44,634 nt of DNA, from positions 62,001-106,634 of the forward strand of contig NW_001865090.1 in the NCBI RefSeq assembly GCF_000002865.3, written 5' to 3'. This document shows, piece after piece, positions 36,901-44,634 of the stretch (the first letter of the stretch is position 1; every line of letters starts with the position of its first letter). This DNA comes from Monosiga brevicollis MX1 (Eukaryota). The position numbers and the translations under genes are program-made. Under the pieces are notes generated by a model. The model was given only the letters and a program-made list of their open reading frames with translations. It was not told where the DNA came from and did no database searches.

Positions 36901-38605
36901 TCAATTGCAGCGCGTCAGGAGCTCCTCGCCCGCGACAGCAGCAAAAATGTTATCACACACCAGCTTGAGCATGGCCGCGCGCGTCTATCAAGGCACATTG
37001 TTGCATTGTTAAGAACCATGCATGAATACGGCATCTCAACAAACTGCGAGTCCTGTGACGGACCTCGAAAGTTGCACTGCCGCGATGCGGAGCCAAAGCA
37101 ACGTTGTCGAGAGTGTAGAGCTCATGGTCTGTGGGCAATGGCTCGGGCTCAAAAACATCAAGCCCTGCACTGTCAATGACTTTGGTGCGAAGCACCTATG
37201 ATCGTGATCGTGCAATTCCGTTCATCTTTACCATGGAAGAAAAAAGGCTGGTGCAAGGAAGGGATGTGCAGCTCCGGTGCAAGGAGCCAGTGTGACACCT
37301 ACCTCGACCAGTGCGTCCGTATCCACAACAGTGCCGCGGGCAATATTGATCAAGGAGGCTGTGGACTGATCACCACCCCAGAAGGACAAGCGAACATGAG
37401 AAAAAAAAAAAAGGAAGGGGTCAAACGCAACTTGAGTAGGTCAACTTGCTCGACTTGCAGAGAGAACAAGTGTAGAAACACAAACGTGTCGTACTTTCAT
37501 CATGTGAAGTCGCTCTTTGTTCATGAGCTTGTTTGTCTCTGCCGTTGCCGGACAGCAAAGCACCACGTAGTCTGACTGTCCCGCCACATGACACGTGAGC
37601 ACACTCTTGGGTAAGCGAGCACATCAACCGTGCCATGCGCGAATGCAGCCAATGTCGAAAACTTACACGCGCAAGCAGGTCATCAAGCGGGACATGCTGT
37701 GCGTTTCCACAGCGTGCCTCCACCTCAACAGGTTGACGCGAGCGCCCCGCATACAAAACTTGCATGCGAAAGCCCACGGCGCGCTCGGCCACGGCTTGTC
37801 CGATGCGGCTATACTCAAGCACATCAAGATGAGACGATGATAAGGACCCGTCTCAGCAAGAAATTGCAACACGCTTGAACGCCAAACGTGCAGGCATCTG
37901 CTGGCTTGAGCAGCAACGACGCACCCCAAACCCACGATGCCGAGTGTAGTCTCGGCGATAGCCTTTCCCATATAGACCAGGTTATTGTACTTGCTGAACT
38001 GACCCGTGCGACAAAACTGGTCGCATTGAGGGATACGGCGGGCACAAGCCATCAAGAGGGCCCAGCCCATTTCGGCTGTCGCATCGTTAAGGACACCCGG
38101 TGTATTGCTCACAGGGACACCCATCTCCGCCAACCCTATGCAACACGCGCACGCCACAGTTCAGCTGCTCATTGGACACAAAGTCGCAGCAATATTGCCG
38201 TGGCTGACATGGACTGCGAGCCGCACCTTTGAGGTCGATGTGATCCGTGCCCACACCATAGTTGACGACAGCTCGCAACGTGTTGCGTGGTGAAATTTTG
38301 CGAACGACGTCCGGGTTGACCTGCTCGATGGTGGGCAGCAAAATCCGCCATGAGACCACACATCACAGACTGCATCCATCACTGGATCTTAGAGCTCCGG
38401 ATTCAACCAAAATTGTTCTACGCACCGAGCTGTGTGCAAAACAGGCCCAAACCTGGACCGGATTGGTCTCGGCCGCAGCTATGGCATCCTCTAGACACAC
38501 AAGCTCTACGCTATCACGCATCTTGGGCTCAAAGCCTGGATCAATGGCCTCCAACTTGAAGGAGTTGGACGGACCGACCGTGACCAGCACCCTCGGCTTT
38601 GCCAT
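36901..38605 (-). CDS. D-isomer-specific 2-hydroxyacid dehydrogenase (glyoxylate/hydroxypyruvate reductase-like), multi-exon
   Basis: [97 protein letters not shown]. Last exon [27 protein letters not shown]. Confidence 0.93.
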
Positions 38606-39067
38606 GCTGCAACGCTTTGAAGAAAAAATTTCATGTTACGATGTACATGTACAGTGGGGGTAACTTTTTGTCTCGGGAAACTATTTCTTGCAGTTTTTCA
38701 TTTTGAGGATTTTGCTCTTTTTTCGACTTCTTTTTGGGCAGGCACGGTCAAAGTCTTTATCTTTCAAGGCTTGTCGGGCGCGAACAACAATATCAAGTGG
38801 AAAATTGATGGCGCAGAGCCCACGGAGATGGCATGGCCTTAGTTATTGATCACTCAACAAGAGCAATCTCAGGCATTTCAGCGCTTTGAAGGGCTATTTT
38901 GGAGCAGGCGCCTTTGGGTCGGGCTGTCAGGCTCCAGCACGTCTGGAGGCCGTCTTTGGGTTGCGAGGAAGCGCGTAGGTTTGAGGAAGCGTTTTGAGAG
39001 AGGTTTGAGAGACGTCCGTCGGGACGGAGCGAAAGCTTTGGTGGTGTCTTGAGGTCAATTGAACCAG

Positions 39068-39304
39068 CTGCGGTCGGCAAGCATTCACAGTGACCAGACC
39101 AGGTGCACCGTTAGAATAGCTGTAGAGTCGCTCAATCCCGAGGATAGGGAAAGTCACAAGAGAGCAGAGCACACAGGAGAGCAAAGGGAAGACAGAATGG
39201 CAGGGGGCTTGACGTACCTGCGGTCGGCAAGCATTCACAGTGACCAGACCAGGTGCACCGTTAGAATAGCTGTAGAGTCGCTCAATCCCGAGGATAGGGA
39301 AAGT
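39068..39304. repeat. Perfect 87-bp direct repeat (39068-39154 and 39218-39304) inside the transposon
   Basis: ctgcggtcggcaagcattcacag...gaggatagggaaagt occurs twice with a 150-bp period. Confidence 0.95.
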
Positions 39305-39798
39305 GCAACTCGTGCCCGACCGCAGGTACCCCAACAAAGGGAAACAACAGTAGTCACAAGCTTATTGCCCCAGGGCAGCTGCCCAGGCATCGTGGGGACC
39401 GCGTCACACGCGGTGTTTACTCATGTGACTCCCACGAGGAGGACCAGGCCCAGGGGGTCCAAGTGTAGGTGTCAGTGTGAGGTCGTCGCAGCTATGGGAT
39501 ACCAATAGGAAGACCCATAGCGACCGATGCTGAGTGTGTGCGAAAGCAGTGGGAGTGCTCAAATGCGTGGAAGCACGGATTTGACGCTAACACGGGCACG
39601 GAGGCACAGGGTCACATTGGCAGACGCCCTACAGGACATCTACGAGTATTGCATTCTTAAAATTCAAACATTGAGCATGTGGGCACCTTGCTCAAACTTA
39701 TGTGCTGTTGAAACTCTGCTCAAGCGAACGCTGCCACAGGCTGCAATAGAATTTGTAACGTGACGTACTTTCGCAGCGAGGCGCTGGTAGGACCAAAT

Positions 39799-42424
39799 TT
39801 AGGTGTGGGGGCGCTTCAACGCAGCCATATGATCTCGATGACGGCGGCAGCCGTCGTCAAGACGTTCAATAATTTGTTGCATCTCAAGAGGATCCGGCTG
39901 GACCATCTCCATTGCTGCAAGCGTTGACGGGTTGTGGTCTTGCTCTTCACGTGATGATAGTAACGTGTTTGCAGGGATGGGTCGAAGCCAGAACGCAAAG
40001 TCAGCAGGGGCGTTGTGAGCAAGATGGTATTCATTCGATCCGCATTCATCTGGGTTCACTGATAAATGCATTGTGGATGCTGTATTTGTGTCAGCTAAGA
40101 CAGGATCCTCGGTTTCTTGCGACATCCCCGTATCAGAGGATGTCAGAGGGGTGCTGGCCATCGTTGGGGGTATGGAAGCCGATGACGCAGCTGTATCACG
40201 TACAGGATCTTGCTCGGTGAAGCCTTGCACTTGTTCTGCATGTGAAAACGCAGTGTCAGGTGATTGGAGACCCAATGAGCCTCGAACACGGCTGATGAGG
40301 TCTGCGCGACTCCCGGTTGAGGATAAACGACGATCACGACACGCGGCTTTGAGGGCCGATATTGTGATCCTGTGCACCCCTAAAGCTGCGCATAGATCTG
40401 CCTCGCTTGCATGACGCTGGTTGCGTCGAACGTGATGCCTCCTGGCTTGTTGTTGCTGCTCGAGGCGAAGTGCGCTGTCACCCCAAGACAGGCCACCCCA
40501 AACCTGGGACCGCCGAGAGCCTCGGCGAGGAGTTGGTATTTGAAGCCTCGGGCTCAGATCAACTTGCAAGTTGGTCAATGCAACACGACTGCTGTCCAAC
40601 GCGTGTTGAAGCTGACTAACAACGCCTTGAAGTCGCTCGCAAGCTTTGCTTAAGCTGCGTGCTTTTGCAATCTTCCGCGGGGTAGACATGCTGGAGCTGA
40701 AGGGTGTCGAGTCGGAACTTGGAGGAGTTGGCGTTCGAGGCATGTCCTCATCGATCTCACGGCTTGCGTGGCGTATGTGAGAGGGCGTTGTTGATCCTTC
40801 AGTGGTGACACGGCGCCGTGGGTTTGGCGAGTGCGCACGCGATAACCTGGGTTGGCTTGACATATGTTCCGTGCCTCGAGAGGTTTTGGACAACCCAGCA
40901 TGACGAAATGCAGATTGAATCCGACTTGGGTACTCGCGTTGAACATTAATGGCACGGTAGAGCGCCTGAATTTCTTCGTCCAACGTTGGGGCATGCCCAT
41001 ACACAACCCCGGTTGTGAGCAAACACAGGTCTCGCCGCTTCTGATGGATATAGCAATGCCATTGGTCAGATGGCGCAAGGGCATGGCTGGTGTTGGGTGG
41101 GATGACAAGGAGAAAAATGTTGATGGTACGAAGGTATGCAACAACATCAGCGTCGATGCGCGTGGTATGGCCGTCTGAAAGCAGCAACAATGGCTCTTGA
41201 TCGCCAATGTATGCCCTGAGCCGCCGACAAAAGGCAACAAAAAGGCGCCGATTGATATAGCCTGAATGGGTGCTGCAAATCATGAAGTGGTCAAATGACG
41301 CGTCGGATGCAACTGTAGACGGAAGTTGGGCAGGACCAATAGCTCGCGGACTCAAGGCCCGTCGCGCATGTATCATCATGGGTGGGGCCATGTCACCATC
41401 CATGCAAATTGCCAAAACAGCGGTGACTGGCTCGTTGTGTGTTCGACCTCGCACAACCCCGGCATCCTCGCGTCGAGCCATTGAGGTGTACACCTGCGTC
41501 GTGCCAAGTCCAGTGCGTAGGCCCGGCATCTCATCAACACCCCAAATGCGCGATAAGCCTACGGCAAACGCATGGCGTAAGAGGGCCAAAAAAAAGGCTA
41601 TCTTGGGAGCGACGATCAGCCAACTTACATGATGCCTTGATACATCCGACATGGCGCCCAGACTGATGTACAAAATCTAATCTGGAGAGAGCATCCTCCA
41701 GGCATGTAAAATACGCCTCGCAGGTTGTCTGAGTCAAAGCCAAGGCTCTGGCCCCTTGGTGAGCTTCAAATCAAACTCCTTCTCAAGGGCTCGAAACCAC
41801 TGCTTACTAATTGTGGGGCGGACAGCCTCAGCTGGAGATAGATCGTACGCCTCTTTTTGCCGCAGAAGCTTCCGTTCTGGTGCCGATAAAGGCGCAATGC
41901 TGTCTGCAATAACCGGTTGGAGGCGTGTTTGGTCTTGCAACGCGCGTTCGCGAACTTGTAGAATCTCACAAATGGCTAGCGTTGATTGACTTCTGGTTCG
42001 ACTGCTGCGCAAATCGCTCATTGTCGACAGCCAATTGGCAAGAATGACACGTTCTGCCTTTGTGCAGAGCTGTCGTCCATCATGGATGACGTCTCCTCTC
42101 CGGCGTCGACCGCGGGCAGCCTCGAATTCACAGCGGGAAACGCCGTACAGGGGCAGTGACATGCCCCATCTTCACGTGAGAGGGTCTGGTAGGGCAAAGA
42201 AGCTTCAGTTGGGACCGAGAAATGCGCCCAATGCCATCCTTTCGAGCCTTGTCCCTGACAGCAGTCTCTGTGGCAGTACCACGGCGAACTAGCTCGTACA
42301 TCTCCAGAGCATGCGTGGCTTGCACACGACGCTGCGCCTGTACAGAAAGATTTGAGATGAGAGGCAATCGAAAACCCAGCCCTTCATCGGTGTTGATCTC
42401 TCCCTCGTCCAAGTTTTCTTGCAA
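39799..42424 (-). pseudogene. pogo-like DD35D transposase with CENP-B-type HTH region and C-terminal SAP-like domain; one intron and two apparent frameshifts
   Basis: YGVSR..GRQLCTKAERVILANW..ISKQWFRALEK..RALALTQ..YF..L, then RIWGVDE (D 41533-35), VTAVLAICMDG..PPMMI, SGYIN, LLLLSDGHTTR (D 41173-75), PPNTSHALAPSD (D 41065-67); 35 residues between the last two Ds. Intron 41628-41559. Frame breaks near 42150 and 41750. True 5' end uncertain. Confidence 0.85.
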
Positions 42425-42825
42425 AATAGTTTGTCCATCAGTCAGATGCCAATGCTAGGTACCTTGTGTTCACGTGTGTACCCGCCATTGATACATGTCG
42501 AAGGCCTGGGCTCCATCATCGGCGAGAGGGCGAGAAGAGCCTTCCATGCGAACAAGCCACGAAATGGCAGCGCCGTAACTCGAGATAGAAACGAAAAAAA
42601 TGGCACCTCTTGAGCGCCATGGTCCAAGAGTCATGTTTTATCGCACTGTGCAGCTGCAACACCTTCTAACACGAAGCTGTGATGAGGTATACCATGTGCA
42701 AGGTCAGGTCCTGCTGCCATTTCGAAGGAACGGTTTGGCCATGAATTTGTTTGGCTCAAACCCAAAACCACAAGAAATAGTTTCCCGAGACAAAAAGTTA
42801 CCCCCAGGATGTACAGTGAACTGTA

Positions 42826-44634
42826 CAGTCACCGAGGGTATTTGTTACCTTTGGACATTTGTTACCAAAAATAAAATTTTCAAATGTTGTCAAAAATGGT
42901 TGTTGGAGAGGAGGTCGCACCTCATAGGGGTGATTTGTTGGATGGCGGTCGGCGTTGATTGTGGTCAGATCTCAGCCCACTTGGAATGATTCAAACCGCA
43001 CAGATCTGTTGAATTTGTCAGATGCCATTTTTTGAGCGTGGCTGCCCTACATCAAGAGTTACATTATTGTTTTGTTTCTTCTATAGGACGTGCCTGCTCT
43101 GGAACTTGTGAGAACTTGATACACGACGTTTCTCGTCTATCGGGGACGGTGGTGCAGGGAGGCTTGGGGCAACCAGCTTTTCAAAGATGCTCAATTAGGT
43201 AGGGCGAGAAAAATCAGTAGAAAAGTGGGTTTTCGTGCAGTGGTGGCGGTTGTAATAAATAAGGTTCAATTCGTGTTATTTTTAAGACGTGGAAGTATGG
43301 GGCTCTAGTGCGATCAGTGAGTCGATATACGCCTTGTACTTTTTGGTACTCTCGTCGCAAGCCCTGATGAGCAAATCAATCTCGTTCTGGTCTGTATTTG
43401 AGCAGGCCAGAGGCGCGGCTGGCGCGTTTGATTCGAGGCCCGTTGCGTCCTGAAATGGTTGAGTTTGAGAGGTATAGTCTCGGAGCCAAAACTGGAGATC
43501 GGAGTCTGCAAAGTGACCTCCGACACGCGCAATAGGTTCTTGAGGCTCCTCTTCAACGATTCGGTCAAGAGAAGGTGCTGCTGATGCTGCTGTAAGAGTG
43601 GGCGGGGTTGAATCTGAGGGAAGTGAATTTCGGTCATCACGCGGCGGAGACGCAGGCATGGGGGTGAGCTCGGCGTCCTCTCGGGACTCAATCTGCGCCA
43701 AAGGGGTTGCCAAAGGCTCGAATACCTCCCCAGCTGGCCTGCCTGGCGATGAGGGAGTGGTTGGGGGCTGTGGGAGCTCGAGTTGTGTCCTCGTGCGTGC
43801 GATGAGCTCGGCACGGCTGCCAGTCGTGCCGAGGCAATGCGATCGACAGAAGCTTTTCAGGTTGGCAATCGTGATGCGTTGTACGTTCAAAGCAGCACGT
43901 AGATCAGCTTCATTTGCCACTCTTGTTGCTCGTCGTTCCCTCGACGCATGAAGATGAACACGGCGCCGCTCACGCCCTTCGAGATCTGCGGCGCTTGGCC
44001 CCGATGACATTGGCCCAAAAATGGGGGCACGTCGCCGTCGTTACCGCTCTTGAGGCGTGATGCGATCGAGTAGGCGGCGCTGACGCGGCGTCGAGCGAAT
44101 CATATCTTGATGACGCTCTTCAAGGCGTGAAAAACTCGCAGCCAGACGATCGAAGTGCGCCCGGCCTTCATCAAGACTCCAATTGGCGTCCCAAACCCGT
44201 ACCAGTGGCTGCGGCGTTGTGTTTGACCTCGGAGTGCTTGAACCAGATGGCGTGCTTGCCGGGCTTTGGGGAGGCGTCACTGCTGTATCCTCGGGTTCAA
44301 CGTGTGAGGGTTGGTTCTTCATGTGTCTAACAGCTCGCTCCAAGCGCGTAATGCCTGCATGGCGGAAGGCAGCCTGTACCCGTTTGACTTGACTGCTTTG
44401 AAAGTGGATGGCAAAATAAAGAGCACACAATTCCTCGTCGAGGGTGGCTGCCTCTCCAACTAGCTGCCGTGAATGGCGCAGTGTATAAGAAATACGTGTC
44501 CGATTGATATGTTGATGCCATTGATCATTCGGGGATAGGCAATGGCTCGTATTCGGGGGGATCAAAAATAAAAAAATGTTGATCGAGCGAAGGTAGTTGG
44601 TGACTGCAAGCGACATGCGGGTGCTGTGTCCATC
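42826..44634 (-). mobile_element. Second, diverged pogo-like transposon (continues beyond window)
   Basis: TA (42824-25) then CAGTCACC.. with ATTTGTTACC twice (42840-49, 42857-66), followed by a transposase paralog. The partner TIR is not in the window, so this boundary is inferred. Confidence 0.7.
43282..44634 (-). pseudogene. pogo-like transposase paralog with SAP-like domain and in-frame stop
   Basis: DGHSTRMSLAVTNYLRSINIFLFLIPPNTSHCLSPNDQWH..TLDEE..VQAAFRHAGI. ORFs 44041-44616 and 43282-44010 are in the same frame, separated by TAA at 44041-44043 (ER*RRRRAPIFGPMSSG). Confidence 0.85.

Larger units (their letters stand above)
38652..42811 (-). mobile_element. pogo-like (IS630-Tc1-mariner superfamily) DNA transposon, ~4.16 kb, TA-flanked
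   Basis: Perfect 36-bp inverted repeat at 38655-38690 (TGGGGGTAACTTTTTGTCTCGGGAAACTATTTCTTG) and 42771-42806. TA at 38650-38651 and 42812-42813. Left end starts CAGT. Encloses a DDE_1-type transposase. Confidence 0.9.

Noticed and set aside
39068..39304. CRISPR array or LTR pair
   Set aside because: Only two 87-bp copies 63 bp apart; no cas genes, no TG..CA ends, PBS or PPT; eukaryotic context.
1..44634. tRNA, rRNA or prokaryotic operon/defence system
   Set aside because: No such sequence recognised by eye and nearly all genes have spliceosomal introns. Small ncRNAs such as intronic snoRNAs cannot be excluded without an Infernal/Rfam search.

Overview
Intron-rich, compact eukaryotic genomic DNA with short GT-AG introns, microsatellite-rich introns/spacers and two 50-N assembly gaps. 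Gene content and style suggest a unicellular holozoan, most likely a choanoflagellate such as Monosiga; this is inference, not a database result. Twelve spliced genes were reconstructed by eye: a glyoxalase II-like protein lacking most metal ligands, a secreted bacterial-type glycoside-hydrolase-like protein, a VOC/glyoxalase-fold protein, a Q/M-rich protein with a C-terminal Cys cluster resembling a nuclear-receptor zinc finger, a secreted APCDD1-like protein, hormone-sensitive lipase, a Golgi-type sulfotransferase, a CBS-domain protein, ROMO1/Mgr2, an ~11 kb receptor tyrosine phosphatase, a small SET-domain protein and a D-2-hydroxyacid dehydrogenase. The last 6 kb hold two tandem, disrupted pogo-like (DD35D) DNA transposons whose transposases both carry a SAP-like domain. 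The first has 36-bp TIRs, TA flanks, a spliceosomal intron and a rearranged passenger region. Most short ORFs in the supplied track are exon fragments, antisense shadows or low-complexity artefacts. Exon boundaries are manual predictions.
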